From the IMG/VR virus record IMGVR_UViG_3300031994_000058, positions 22,688-86,687 of that record: DNA of 64,000 nt, one strand, 5' to 3'. Below, in pieces: positions 25,714-37,278 of the stretch. The first letter of the stretch is position 1; each line of letters begins with the position of its first letter. The notes beneath the pieces are model-generated. The model had not been told where the DNA came from. It did not search any database and worked only from the letters and a program-made list of their open reading frames with translations. The translations under genes and the position numbers were made by a program. The stretch is from a virus (taxonomy: Duplodnaviria; Caudoviricetes).

Positions 25714-28700
25714 TTAAGACCATCCTGTACAAAGTCCCTTATCAAAATGTAGTGTACTCGTGGTGCCATCAGTGCCAGTAACAACTGTTATGTCTCCTCT
25801 AGCACCATATGCACCACCCCATCCATCAGGGAAAACAGTACCTCCTAGCACTATAGGACCGTCGAGTATTATAGGACCGTTACCAGTCGCAACTATTCGA
25901 ATACCGGTGGCGCCATCTTGATATACGTCACCCATGTAAATTCTTCCGGCTACTGTCCACGGATGCTGAGGGTCTGGTGGATCATTATACACGCTTCCTT
26001 CTATGATGCCATCATTGATCATAATTTGACGCGTCTGGCCACCATAGTCTGCCGCTATACCCTGCTGCAATATACCTTTGTCCTTATTTATTTCGACCAT
26101 ATTACCATGATCTTCATCGGATCCCCAAGGCAGTTTTGTTGGACTCTTGATGATTATCTGACCATCGGGAACATTATCATCTGGAGAACCGCCAACTCCA
26201 AGTGTGAGCGTGCCACCCATGATGCGATCGGCATACATAGTGCCGGCGAGGATACTATTAGCTATAATCTGACCAGTAGAATTAACGAGATCAATAGTTG
26301 ATGCGCTGCCCAATCCATCACCATAGAATACAATGCCTTCATGATTTATGAGTAGACATCTTATATTTTTCATTGAAGGATCGGCTTTTATCTCATTCCA
26401 TCGCGCACTTGGATAACCACCAGTATACTCAGAATAATATCCGTCTGGATGATCTTGATCAGGCTCATGCCAAACCTTGAAGAAGCCTACACCGGTCGGT
26501 TGATCGACATCGTTTGTTACTGTAATAACGGCACCAGTACCAAAACCGTCAACGATTATTGCTTCGGCATTCTTCCTAGCTTCGCTTAAAATATAACTCT
26601 GGCTGGAACCTGCATTAATCTTAGCGAGAAGTTCGCTGTTAGTGTTGTTATTAATGGATGTTAGTGTCTGTACCGTTTCAGAGCCGAGGTCAAACTGCAT
26701 ATTCTCAGGCTTATTAAGCGGAATATCAAGAGCGCTAATCTCAAAGAATCTTGCTAAACCGTGCGGACGTGAGGATACATAGATGTAGGAGTTAACGTCA
26801 AGAGCATCGGTATCAACGCCCAGAATACTCAAATCAAGCGCCTTTACAGACAGGGTCATCTTGTCGAACTGACCGGATGCAAGATACGTCTTAGCCTTAT
26901 AGTAAAGCTCATCAGGATTCTCACACTCGTTAAACGTAATAACCTTCTCAATCCAACCGTATTCCTGAAGAGAAGAATTAGCCGGTTCATACATTGACGG
27001 AATGCTGGCCCCCTGCTCGAACATAAGCTCTGATACTGCACTGATGGCAGTTGCTTCATCTGCTACATCGTCGTGAGACGAATAGAACATGAATTTAACC
27101 TTGGATCTAATTTTCTTACCAGCATCGTCGCCTTCTTCATACTCGCCTCTATCTGGGATTGTAATTTTGGCTCCTGAATTGTCTGTCATTTTGATCCAAT
27201 CAGTACAGTCAGCATAAGTTTCGTCCTCGTTGTAGAAGAACACCTTAACGTTAATCACACGAGTATCGTCAGCGGAGGTTTTTGTGGTTCTGCCATGAAT
27301 GAGATAATCGCCCGGCTCAAAGCCAATTACCTTACCATCGCGACTGAGCGTATAGAGAAAATCGGCGGTTCTGATTCGGCTCATATCGGTAACTTGATTC
27401 GGTTTACCAATGAGATCGCCAGACTCAAACAATCCGCCCTGCTCCATCGATGAGTTGAACAGGTTCTTAGACTCTGCTGTTACATACAAGCTACCGTGTT
27501 TCTCGCCTTTAGTAACGACAAGTTTAGTGACATAGCTCGACGGATCTGGAAATTCCGCAGTAGACGTAGCGTATTTGAGCATTACCTTTATCTTATATGT
27601 GGTGTTTCCATCTACTGGAAGCGTAAATCGAGCTGGTAACGTAAGCCACTCAGTATTTCCCTTAAATAATCCTGCATAAGTATACCACAAAACTCTAGCC
27701 TGTAATATCTTATCCTCAGTAGTAGCGACATTTACAGAGTACTGTCCGTTTTCGAAAAATGGATATGTACTACCATTTTGAATAAAATTAGCGGATCTGA
27801 TAAAGCGCCTATCAACTTCGCCAGTTTCGCCTGGATTATCCTCGCCTTTCACGTTGAGTTTACCGTATTCGAATCCGGGCAAATCTCCTTCTCCAGGCAC
27901 ACCATCGGTCAGGTTTATCGTAGAAACAAGAGCGTCCTCAGCGGTGTAGTATTCATCGAGCTGGTCGGTTACCTGTGCCGATACATTTACTCGAAGTTGA
28001 ATGTCGCCACCGAATGAACCGACAGTCAGTACATAGTATTCGTCAGTTGTGCTCACTGGCACCTCGACAGCTTCTTCGACCATGTCAGAAAAGCCGAGAG
28101 GAACGGACGAGAACTTGCCAGAGGTATACTGAAGCTCGGGATCCTTGGTCTGCCAAGTGTACATGCCCCAACCGGCATGCATACGTGAACTGATGTAAAT
28201 CGTATTCTTGACTTCGTTAGTAGATGCTTTGATTTTTAGTACAGCAGTTGAGTAACCTTCCCATCCAGGTTCGCCCTCGTGTTCTCGATTGATGATGTCG
28301 CCGCCAGCCCGAATTGTATCTTCGTCGTTAATGTATGTACCGAGGGTTTTTACCTGTTCAACACCCCAACCACGATCTGCGGAATACGCAGCATACGTGT
28401 CCAGATTAATTGCATCGCCAATCTGAGTGGTATTTGCTCGAGTTTTTACTGCACCAAGAGGTACAATAACCGTAGCGAGTTCAGACATATCGAAGTTCGA
28501 AGTATAATCGAGAAGATTTTTACCGAATTCGACAGACTGAGTAGACGAGCTGATAACACCGGTAAAGAACTTAATGTAATTACCGTATACTCCGTCAATT
28601 GTTTTCTTCTCAATCTTCATATGACAATTGTAGTCAGTACATACCTGATTGAGAACCTCGAGTGTCTGCTCAAATTGCGTTGCCCTGTACTCGATAACAC

Positions 28701-29121
28701 CACCTTCAACTGCCTGGTATTCGAAATAGATTTTACGGTTATCGGGCACTTTTGAGTTGTGAATATCAATAACAGACTTGATAAACTGTTCCAAAGTCAC
28801 ATTACGGTATTCTCTCTGGGGCTGACAGGTATCGTTGAAGTAAGCAAGAGCGCCCTCACAATAGATATGACGGTTCTTAACAAAATCATAGCTATCTTCA
28901 ACTATTCTGCCTTCCCAGATTTCTTTATCATTTCGCTTAACAGTAAGCGTCGATTTCATTCGTTTAAGTGTGTTATATCCAACATTGACAGGAGGCAGGA
29001 CCGCGTCTAACGATCCTGCTGCACTGTCTGTTATTTTGAGCACTGGGGAGTCCATCTTGTACTCAGGTGTTGGATATCGATCATTGTATATGCATACTCC
29101 ATCAGCGTATATACTATACAT
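25714..29121 (-). CDS. Tal-like tail tip protein (phage endopeptidase family) with inserted domains
   Basis: Follows Dit; YCEGALAYFND, FGKNLLDY, YGWIEKVITF, MQFDLGS. Confidence 0.8.
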   Translation of the reverse strand: MYSIYADGVCIYNDRYPTPEYKMDSPVLKITDSAAGSLDAVLPPVNVGYNTLKRMKSTLTVKRNDKEIWEGRIVEDSYDFVKNRHIYCEGALAYFNDTCQPQREYRNVTLEQFIKSVIDIHNSKVPDNRKIYFEYQAVEGGVIEYRATQFEQTLEVLNQVCTDYNCHMKIEKKTIDGVYGNYIKFFTGVISSSTQSVEFGKNLLDYTSNFDMSELATVIVPLGAVKTRANTTQIGDAINLDTYAAYSADRGWGVEQVKTLGTYINDEDTIRAGGDIINREHEGEPGWEGYSTAVLKIKASTNEVKNTIYISSRMHAGWGMYTWQTKDPELQYTSGKFSSVPLGFSDMVEEAVEVPVSTTDEYYVLTVGSFGGDIQLRVNVSAQVTDQLDEYYTAEDALVSTINLTDGVPGEGDLPGFEYGKLNVKGEDNPGETGEVDRRFIRSANFIQNGSTYPFFENGQYSVNVATTEDKILQARVLWYTYAGLFKGNTEWLTLPARFTLPVDGNTTYKIKVMLKYATSTAEFPDPSSYVTKLVVTKGEKHGSLYVTAESKNLFNSSMEQGGLFESGDLIGKPNQVTDMSRIRTADFLYTLSRDGKVIGFEPGDYLIHGRTTKTSADDTRVINVKVFFYNEDETYADCTDWIKMTDNSGAKITIPDRGEYEEGDDAGKKIRSKVKFMFYSSHDDVADEATAISAVSELMFEQGASIPSMYEPANSSLQEYGWIEKVITFNECENPDELYYKAKTYLASGQFDKMTLSVKALDLSILGVDTDALDVNSYIYVSSRPHGLARFFEISALDIPLNKPENMQFDLGSETVQTLTSINNNTNSELLAKINAGSSQSYILSEARKNAEAIIVDGFGTGAVITVTNDVDQPTGVGFFKVWHEPDQDHPDGYYSEYTGGYPSARWNEIKADPSMKNIRCLLINHEGIVFYGDGLGSASTIDLVNSTGQIIANSILAGTMYADRIMGGTLTLGVGGSPDDNVPDGQIIIKSPTKLPWGSDEDHGNMVEINKDKGILQQGIAADYGGQTRQIMINDGIIEGSVYNDPPDPQHPWTVAGRIYMGDVYQDGATGIRIVATGNGPIILDGPIVLGGTVFPDGWGGAYGARGDITVVTGTDGTTSTLHFDKGLCTGWS

Positions 29122-29123
29122 GA

Positions 29124-30098
29124 TTAAATCCTCCCAGGTTTAAAGTTTACTGATACGTAACCATGGCCTCGGACTCGTATCTGGACGTTATTGATCCCTG
29201 TGAAATTACTAATAATATAAGAAGGGATGGCTTTATTTATTTCTCCATTATAGACGTCCCATTCATGTTCTTCATGCCCGAGACCAAGTTCTTTATTTAC
29301 ATACTGAACATACATTTCTGTATTCGTATCGGGATGGATATGCAATGTGAGAGACACGGGCATACTACCAATGGCATCAGTTACGAAATTTCGTCTATAA
29401 AAATAACCATGATATGTTCCATCCTCTTCATGCTCTTCGCCAAGAAACGCCTCATTCGATGTGTCGATGACTTTATCCCAATCGCCAGCGCTGAGATCCA
29501 AATCGACATCAACACGATGATAATATGGATTCCATCCTCCATTCGCGCCAATTCTCTGTGCTATAATACCGCTTTGAAAGTTAAACGGATCCCAAAGCCA
29601 ATTGCCAAGGATGTCATACAAACGATACTTATAAGGTTCGAGATTGTACTTGAGTGTCAACGTAGAGCGTGTCTTTCCAGTAACCCAAGACTGCACCTCC
29701 CATCGACCAACATAATACCACTCTGGGTCTTCCTCATATACACAGAAAAGCTTCTTCCCATGAAGAGTTGCTAAAATGTCGCTGTATGCCTCTTGCCAGT
29801 TTCTAAAATCATTCAGAACGGCAAATTCTATAGATCCTGTGCGATTCCCATATGTTGGATAGCCAGTAAGAGCTTGTGAAAGATCTAAAACACCATTCAT
29901 ACCATCAATTGACACTTCTCTGGTGTTTATAGACGGAGGGGCAAAAGAGGGCCGGCTCGTAGGCACGACCCTCCAATGATCCCATGTGTTTCTGGCTCTG
30001 GTTAGATTATAAGATTTACGTACAGCACTATCAGGATCCGGCTGATAAACACCCTTGTCGTTATAAATCGGATCTATAAACGTCATAGAATAGTACAT
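29124..30098 (-). CDS. Distal tail (Dit)-like protein
   Basis: Start MYYSMTF right after the TMP stop; IDGMNGVLDLSQALTGYPTYGNRTG, WYYVGR, LKYNLEPYKY. Confidence 0.75.
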   Translation of the reverse strand: MYYSMTFIDPIYNDKGVYQPDPDSAVRKSYNLTRARNTWDHWRVVPTSRPSFAPPSINTREVSIDGMNGVLDLSQALTGYPTYGNRTGSIEFAVLNDFRNWQEAYSDILATLHGKKLFCVYEEDPEWYYVGRWEVQSWVTGKTRSTLTLKYNLEPYKYRLYDILGNWLWDPFNFQSGIIAQRIGANGGWNPYYHRVDVDLDLSAGDWDKVIDTSNEAFLGEEHEEDGTYHGYFYRRNFVTDAIGSMPVSLTLHIHPDTNTEMYVQYVNKELGLGHEEHEWDVYNGEINKAIPSYIISNFTGINNVQIRVRGHGYVSVNFKPGRI

Positions 30099-30099
30099 A

Positions 30100-33000
30100 T
30101 TATCGGCCTCCCCTTCTCTGACGTTGTGCTCTCTGACCCAAAGCATTATCATACTGAGCAACAGTAGCCCCGACAAGTGCCCCGGAATCGAGATAAATGT
30201 TTGTATTCATCATGTTGTCGTTGAGCGAACGAATATCAGTCCTGAGGTCGCTAATAGACTGAACTACATTCTTGTCGTTATACTTATCGTTGCGCTCATA
30301 CTCGAATGCTGTATTAACATACTGACTCGCACTAGCGGCCAGCTTCTTAGAAACTGTTGGTGTCTTAAACAAGGTGTCAACTTCATTTGCTGTCTGTCTC
30401 ATGTTGGACATATCAATGACTGGTCGGATCTGTGGCGTTATTTCAGAGAATTGCCCGAATGTAACCGCGTCGCTAATCTCATTGATGGACTGTTGCATAA
30501 CCTTAAGTGGCATGTCATTTTGAAGTCCGATAGCAAGTCCTTCCATTGCGAACTGACCTAAAGCAAAGAACAACTTAGACGGTGAATTAACCTTCCATTC
30601 GTTGTATGCCGTATCAATAATGTTCGCCATTTCACTAACAAGCCAATCCTTTGTGACTCCAAACTCGACTTCCATACCTCTTTTAAGTTCGTGCACAAGC
30701 GTGAAACCTGCCTGATAGAACGGCTTCTTATAGGATTTTACTGCAGTAACAGTATTCTCCATATTTTTGTCAAGTTCTGCAGCATTGCCATTAGCAGCCT
30801 CAATAAGTTGCTGCATAGAATCGGAACAACCGTCGACATTGTCGGTAACGGCAGAAGTGGTATCGCCCCAAAGACCCTGAATATTACCAAGATGTGCATC
30901 GGTGGTAATGTCCATATTACCAAGATCTATGCCGTATTCATTGGTCATGTTGTCCATTATGGTTTGCATGTCAGTACTAGAAATCTCGCCCATATCCACC
31001 ATGTTTGAAAGATCACCGACGACTTGGTCAATTGGCAGCTTATCAGCAATCACGTTCCAATCCACGGCACTAAGATCAATTTCTCCATCTGACCAACCAG
31101 TAACGTCCTTGATTGTGTCTACGAGATCTAAATCCTTCAGCTTGCTGTTTTCCAGACCGACCTTGATCGATCCGGCTACATTATCACCAGCTACTTTCGC
31201 AAACTTCTCTGATTGATCGGAAAGAGCCTTTGCAGCATCCTGTTGCTGCTTCTCGTAGTCGACTGGATCGATGCCAAGCATATCTCTAAGCTCATTTTTG
31301 GCTGCATCATCGAAATTGTTCTTTCGGAATTCTGTCCACCATTCTATGCCAACGGTATGATCCATCTTGGCATAATCTTTCCAACCATTTTTTATTTCCA
31401 GAGCATTTGCTTCTGCTTCTTCATCCGCAGTTTTAATCTTTTCCCATGCTGTTCGTTCCTCATCTAGCATTTTATCTGCAGCGGCTATAGCTCCTATATC
31501 ACCAGCCGCTGCTGCAAGTCCCTTGCTAAAATATAGACCCAGCATCGTAGCATAATGCTCGGCACCATGCAAGATTTTCTCCCACATATGACTACCAAGA
31601 ATCCACAATTCCCATATATCTCCACCAAGGTCGACAAGCGAATTGTATATAAAAGTACCAATAGCGCCGAACAACCCAGCGAGAGCAGGCATGATTAGAT
31701 TGCCAATCGACATGAGAATGCGCACGATAACGTACCAAATATAATTGGTATTAGCGTCGATTGCATCCGCAAGCTTCTCAAGCAGATTTAGAACGAATAT
31801 GAGAAGTGACTCTACAAGCGTGCCAGTAATCTCTCCAAGATATGCAGAGACCATGACAACAATACTTTCGATAGTCTTAAGAACCTCAGGACTTGTCTGA
31901 CTAAGAGCAGCACAAATGCCAAGGACAATCGCCGCTACTGTCATCATTGTCTTTTTACCAATCGCCGGAAGACCGCCACTATCGTTCAGTGATTTGAATG
32001 CCGTCGCAATAATAGCGATAACGCCAAAGATTGCAGCGCCTACAAGTACTACAAAGGCACCAAAGGCTAATGCGGCAATAAGAAGCGTTCCGCCATCGTC
32101 CTTGATTTTTTCACAGAATTGATGAAGTGAATCACCAAGGGCCGGTAAACCATCGACAAGAGCCGGAATTGCCTTTCCGAGAACATCCAACGCAACACCG
32201 AAGACTAAGATAGCAACGGATACGCCAAATAGAATTCCAGCAATGCCAAGAAGTATATACCCGAGAGCTTGCAAAATTGCCCCTGCTTGAGGTGCAACAT
32301 AGGCCAAAACGGCGGCTAGTCCACCCATGACAAGGATGAACATTCCAAAAACAGCAGCGTATCCTTGCAGATCCTCTACAGATACGGTTTTTGCCAACAA
32401 TGCAAACGCCCCAGCAATAATCATCAACCCGCCACAAAGAGCAAGAATCGCAACAGACATGGCCTTAATATCACCAGTCTCGACTTCATTCAGTGCACCC
32501 AACCATGTCAACATGCCCATAAATGCCGCCATAAGAGCAACAAGAGCTATAGCCATGGTCGCTGCAACAGCTACAAATTCACCAACAGTAGAGTTATTCT
32601 GCTTGAGAGTTTTGAGAACTCCGGAGAATACGGCTGCGACAATCGCCATAAATGCGCCAATCGACACAATAACTGACGACATAGCAAATACCTGACTGCC
32701 TTTTATCTTCTCCATTGCTTTGAGACAAATAGCAATAGCAGCGCCAAAAGCAACAACCATCATTGCAATAGCACCGGCAATTTTTATAGATGCCAAAGGA
32801 TCGTTATTAAATTGCTCAATAACTGCAAGGGCACTAATTACCGGAAGGAGATGATTAAGCGTCGTAGCGAATATGAGCATTACTGCTGCCATCGCTAACA
32901 TTGGCTTTAGGATGCCATTTTGATTTATAGAGGTCTTAGACGAAAGTAACGCAAGAAGCGATGCAATACCAGCTAAGACGACTAACAATCCGCCAATTAC

Positions 33001-36000
33001 CGTGATTATACCTTGCATCATTCGGCCATCGACGTCATCCTTCGTAAGAGCAGCCACAACAATTATAGCGGGAATTAAGAGGTCAACAGCCAATGCTAAA
33101 CTGGTTATAACAACCGACATTGCTAAAAGTGCTTCAATTGCCTTTGAGAGTTTCTTTGCGTTAGTATGTGTTGCCATATACTCTGTGAGATACATAATAC
33201 CAGCCATTATACCGCCAAGTATAATAACGATAGTAGACACAGCTGTAAATGCGTCCAACAGTTTAGTTCGAGGAATCTTGGCCAATTTAGTCATAGCATT
33301 CACTATGATTTCTATCGCACCGCCAATAGCCAGAATAGCAACTGCAAGCGATGTAAACACTCCGCTCGGCCCCTCAGACTTTGTCGCAAAACCAAGGAAT
33401 TTGGTTATGGATTTAGAATCAAGCTTCTTTGCCGCTTCAGCGAATGTGTATACTAAAACGCCAAGAAGACCCATGAGAATAACAACGATACCAACAGCTA
33501 TAACAAGTCTTTGCATTCCCTCTGTTGTACTAAGGTCAATGTCCTTAATCATCGTGTTAACCTGACTTAACGCACTAGCAATAGCCAAAGCAAACCCGGC
33601 GATTGCCAAAATCATGGCAGCGACACCAAGAGTTCCGGCATCAATGTTCGCGGTATTATTAGATAACAGCGTTAATGTTTTATTACCGGAGTTGCTAATT
33701 TTTGTACGATTGATGGATGTTAGGCTGGTGTTCATCTTTGACACAATCTTAGCAAAGATGGCAAAGAATGTGCCAAGAATTACCATTGCTGCTATACCCT
33801 GTGACAATTCATTTTCTGGAAGTTTACCAAGGAGAATTACAGCACCAGCAACAGCGACCAATGCATATACATAAGACTCAATAACCTGTGCCTGAGTAAT
33901 CTGTTGTAAAGAGGTCTTTGCCTGCGCGACGGTACCTTTTACGTTTGCCACTACGTCATTGAAATTCGAGAAGATGTCAGCAATACTAAGCGGAACCTTA
34001 GCAAGCTTATCAAGCGCGTCACTGAGATTCTTCGTGCCTTTGCGGAATTCAACCAAACCCCAAATGATAGCGAACAAAGACGTGATAGTCTTAAGCTTCT
34101 CCCAGTCAATCTCAGTATTCTTAAAGAAATTGGTGACAGCTTCACCAATACCAGTCAATACATTTCCAAAGAATTTCGCACTACCACGAGTAACTTCCTC
34201 AGAATCAGTATTACCAAGAACGCCAGAAAGGCTAGTGCTCATCTGTGAGAAAATGTCTTTATTACCAGAACGAGTATCGCCACTGCCATTTTGAATTTTA
34301 TCAATAAATGCATCAACCCAAGAGATGACGTTAGCGATTCCTGTTACAAGATTGTTAAACCCGGTAGCGAGAAGTTCAACAACGCCAAGAAGAACGTTAA
34401 GCCAACTGAATGAACCTTCACCCTTCTTTCCCTCATTGACAAGAGAACTCATGGCTCTGTCCGGAGCCTTGGCGTTGTCTTTACCAAACAGATTTGAGAT
34501 TGCTGTCGATAAGTTGCTAAGAACTGTGCTAACATTCTGAAAAACCTTTGAGTTTGTGATGTAATCTTTGACAGTATTAGCAAGGTTTACAACCCAAGTG
34601 ACTGCTTTAGAAATTACACCAATTACTACTTTGCCGACATCAATAATTCCGCCGATAATTTCTTTGGCTTTCTCAAACGCTTGCGTCAAACCATAAATAA
34701 ATGCTTCAACAGCAATGTCGTCATCTGCGAACGAAGTGAGAACATCTCCGATAGCCGCTAGAATGTCCAAGAACGTCGGAAGAACATTTTTTGTAGCAAC
34801 TTTTAACGTTTTACCAAACAGTTTCGATACGAGCTTTGTGACAATTCTCAGCATTGCCGCAATACCAGAAAAGATTCTAGTAATACGATCGTTCTCGTTT
34901 AGCGCTTGTCGAACGCTATTAATGCCATCAATAAGCCCAGAAAGCGCATTTCTCACAATGTCTAAAATATCAATGTCACCAAATACATTATGAAAAGCGT
35001 CACTCCCTGCCTTTCCGAAATCTCGGATTACACCTGTGAAAGTATTAAACAGCGTGACAAGCTGAGAAACAATCGCACGGACCTTGAGCAGTCCTCCATT
35101 CGCTACCGTATCCGTAATTGTTCGAGCTACATTTGCGATAGGGTCAAGAATCCAATGCACAATGTTTTTGAGCCCCGAATTTTTCTTCATGGACTGCCCA
35201 AACTGATCAATTGCCGAACGAATCATTTCTACCAGAGACCAGAATCCGAGAAAAATATCATAGATCGTATGGTAAACAGAATCGTCAAAGAACACTTCAC
35301 GAATGGCATCTGCAACTCCACCAAGAACTTTACCAAGTTTAGAAGACATACGAACAATGCCGCTTTCTTCTTCCTCTACTTCTTCGAGCCCTTCACTTAC
35401 GGATTCACCAACGGTATAGCCATCCTTGACCATCTGCTCATGGACCTCATCGAGCGATTTCTTTGAGCCATATGCAATCTGATTGACATGCTTTTGTACA
35501 TACTTTGGGTCTAATCCAAGCGCCTCAAGCGCACGTACACGAGCCTCGCCATTACCAAAACTACCCTTAGTCCAAATATCAGACACGGCCTGAAAAGCTT
35601 TCTCGACATACTCGCTGGCTTCCTGAGCGGCTTCACTAACTTCGTCGATTGTCTCTTCAACAGCGCCAAATGCATCCTTTACAGAGTAAATGGCATCGTA
35701 AAGACCACTGTTCGTAAAAGCGTTGGTAAACGCCTCATGATAGGATGAGAATGCATCACCAACTGCCTTAACAATTCTAAGGAAATTATACCAAATATCA
35801 GCAAGCTTTCCAAGAATACCATTAGTTGCACTGGCTTCCAAGCGATCTGTAAAGTTATGGAATGGATTAAGAATCTCTTGGATTTTTGTACTATTCATCT
35901 CGCCGAATACATCCGTCCAGCCTTGTTTTATAGCTTCAGTAAAGGCGGCAACAGTGTCCATAATCTGGTAAAGGCTTTTACGGAATCTATCGAATCCTTT

Positions 36001-37278
36001 AGGAGACCAATCATCAAGGGCACTATTCAGATTATCAATCGGCGCTGAAAACACATCCCAAAGGGTATTTGCAAGATCTGTCCAAAGTTCCTTAGCCTGC
36101 TCATAGTTGCCGATAAAATGCTCGAATGCGGTCATGAAACCTGTAGACACGGCATCCTTTACAGAATCAATAGCATCCGACAGTGTTCGCGCTTCCTGTG
36201 AGGCCTTGAACGCTTTAAGTCCGAGATCATCTTCACTAACACCAAGAGCCTTAATTGCATCAGAAGTATACTCGATTTCATCATGCGCTTGCATGAATTC
36301 GTAAAGTTCTTCTGTCGTTCCGCCAAAACGCTTAAGGGCTCTAGTCATGACATTAGTCGTTAACCACTTGGCCTTTGTCATGGCGTTCTCGAAATTTTCA
36401 ATTGTTACGATGCTGTCATCGTCGAACGATCCAAAAGCTCCGTATACGCCTTCGGCGCCTTTTTCAAGTACCCCTTCCGCCACAGCAGCGTCGATCAGGG
36501 CCTCCTTGAATTGTACCGTGTCCATGTGAGCAGTTTTGATCCAACTCCATCGCTGTCTATCCATGTAGCCTTGTGCGATTGCTCCAGAGAAACCCTCCAT
36601 GGCGTGCGAAGCATCCTGAACAGAAGAACCAGCAAGACCTGCAGCATTACCGATACCAATCATGGCCGTGATAGCATCGTCGAGTGCGATACCAGCATTG
36701 GTAAACTTACCAATATTGTTTGTCATATCGGTGTAGGCATACGACGTTTCGTCAGTATACCAGTTTAGTTTCTTAAGCTTCTCAGTAACCTCATCAGCGC
36801 TCATCCCGGTCGCTGACATAATCGATGCGACGGATCTTGTCTTTTCGCCAAACTTTTCCCAACCAGCAGACAACTGATCGATAGTAAGAGATTTAGCGAG
36901 GCGTTCGCCAGCATCAAGGGCCTGTTCACCAAGCCGTCTGAGCGCTCCGACAGATATTTCTTCGAGCTTGCTGAAAGACTGAGAAACGGCTTCTGCATTT
37001 GCTCCGAGTTCCTTTAAATTTCTTACAGGATGAAGTGCGACATCGCCGAGCTTTTTATAGACATTGTAGAATTTCTCGACACCTGTAACGGCCCCGGAAA
37101 CAGTAGATGTAACTTTTTTCAAGCTATTTGCGATGGTCTCAAAACCAGACTTTACTCCACTGAAATCCAGACTTTTCTTCAGTTTGTCAACAGTCTTCAG
37201 TGACTGAGCGGCATTCTTTTCAAAGTCTTTGTTATTAAATTGTAAATTTACGATCTGATTGTCAATTGTTGTACTCAT
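30100..37278 (-). CDS. Tape measure protein, 2392 aa
   Basis: Length, position after tail chaperones, helical N-terminus, long Ala/Ile/Val-rich amphipathic middle. Confidence 0.95.
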   Translation of the reverse strand: MSTTIDNQIVNLQFNNKDFEKNAAQSLKTVDKLKKSLDFSGVKSGFETIANSLKKVTSTVSGAVTGVEKFYNVYKKLGDVALHPVRNLKELGANAEAVSQSFSKLEEISVGALRRLGEQALDAGERLAKSLTIDQLSAGWEKFGEKTRSVASIMSATGMSADEVTEKLKKLNWYTDETSYAYTDMTNNIGKFTNAGIALDDAITAMIGIGNAAGLAGSSVQDASHAMEGFSGAIAQGYMDRQRWSWIKTAHMDTVQFKEALIDAAVAEGVLEKGAEGVYGAFGSFDDDSIVTIENFENAMTKAKWLTTNVMTRALKRFGGTTEELYEFMQAHDEIEYTSDAIKALGVSEDDLGLKAFKASQEARTLSDAIDSVKDAVSTGFMTAFEHFIGNYEQAKELWTDLANTLWDVFSAPIDNLNSALDDWSPKGFDRFRKSLYQIMDTVAAFTEAIKQGWTDVFGEMNSTKIQEILNPFHNFTDRLEASATNGILGKLADIWYNFLRIVKAVGDAFSSYHEAFTNAFTNSGLYDAIYSVKDAFGAVEETIDEVSEAAQEASEYVEKAFQAVSDIWTKGSFGNGEARVRALEALGLDPKYVQKHVNQIAYGSKKSLDEVHEQMVKDGYTVGESVSEGLEEVEEEESGIVRMSSKLGKVLGGVADAIREVFFDDSVYHTIYDIFLGFWSLVEMIRSAIDQFGQSMKKNSGLKNIVHWILDPIANVARTITDTVANGGLLKVRAIVSQLVTLFNTFTGVIRDFGKAGSDAFHNVFGDIDILDIVRNALSGLIDGINSVRQALNENDRITRIFSGIAAMLRIVTKLVSKLFGKTLKVATKNVLPTFLDILAAIGDVLTSFADDDIAVEAFIYGLTQAFEKAKEIIGGIIDVGKVVIGVISKAVTWVVNLANTVKDYITNSKVFQNVSTVLSNLSTAISNLFGKDNAKAPDRAMSSLVNEGKKGEGSFSWLNVLLGVVELLATGFNNLVTGIANVISWVDAFIDKIQNGSGDTRSGNKDIFSQMSTSLSGVLGNTDSEEVTRGSAKFFGNVLTGIGEAVTNFFKNTEIDWEKLKTITSLFAIIWGLVEFRKGTKNLSDALDKLAKVPLSIADIFSNFNDVVANVKGTVAQAKTSLQQITQAQVIESYVYALVAVAGAVILLGKLPENELSQGIAAMVILGTFFAIFAKIVSKMNTSLTSINRTKISNSGNKTLTLLSNNTANIDAGTLGVAAMILAIAGFALAIASALSQVNTMIKDIDLSTTEGMQRLVIAVGIVVILMGLLGVLVYTFAEAAKKLDSKSITKFLGFATKSEGPSGVFTSLAVAILAIGGAIEIIVNAMTKLAKIPRTKLLDAFTAVSTIVIILGGIMAGIMYLTEYMATHTNAKKLSKAIEALLAMSVVITSLALAVDLLIPAIIVVAALTKDDVDGRMMQGIITVIGGLLVVLAGIASLLALLSSKTSINQNGILKPMLAMAAVMLIFATTLNHLLPVISALAVIEQFNNDPLASIKIAGAIAMMVVAFGAAIAICLKAMEKIKGSQVFAMSSVIVSIGAFMAIVAAVFSGVLKTLKQNNSTVGEFVAVAATMAIALVALMAAFMGMLTWLGALNEVETGDIKAMSVAILALCGGLMIIAGAFALLAKTVSVEDLQGYAAVFGMFILVMGGLAAVLAYVAPQAGAILQALGYILLGIAGILFGVSVAILVFGVALDVLGKAIPALVDGLPALGDSLHQFCEKIKDDGGTLLIAALAFGAFVVLVGAAIFGVIAIIATAFKSLNDSGGLPAIGKKTMMTVAAIVLGICAALSQTSPEVLKTIESIVVMVSAYLGEITGTLVESLLIFVLNLLEKLADAIDANTNYIWYVIVRILMSIGNLIMPALAGLFGAIGTFIYNSLVDLGGDIWELWILGSHMWEKILHGAEHYATMLGLYFSKGLAAAAGDIGAIAAADKMLDEERTAWEKIKTADEEAEANALEIKNGWKDYAKMDHTVGIEWWTEFRKNNFDDAAKNELRDMLGIDPVDYEKQQQDAAKALSDQSEKFAKVAGDNVAGSIKVGLENSKLKDLDLVDTIKDVTGWSDGEIDLSAVDWNVIADKLPIDQVVGDLSNMVDMGEISSTDMQTIMDNMTNEYGIDLGNMDITTDAHLGNIQGLWGDTTSAVTDNVDGCSDSMQQLIEAANGNAAELDKNMENTVTAVKSYKKPFYQAGFTLVHELKRGMEVEFGVTKDWLVSEMANIIDTAYNEWKVNSPSKLFFALGQFAMEGLAIGLQNDMPLKVMQQSINEISDAVTFGQFSEITPQIRPVIDMSNMRQTANEVDTLFKTPTVSKKLAASASQYVNTAFEYERNDKYNDKNVVQSISDLRTDIRSLNDNMMNTNIYLDSGALVGATVAQYDNALGQRAQRQRRGGR

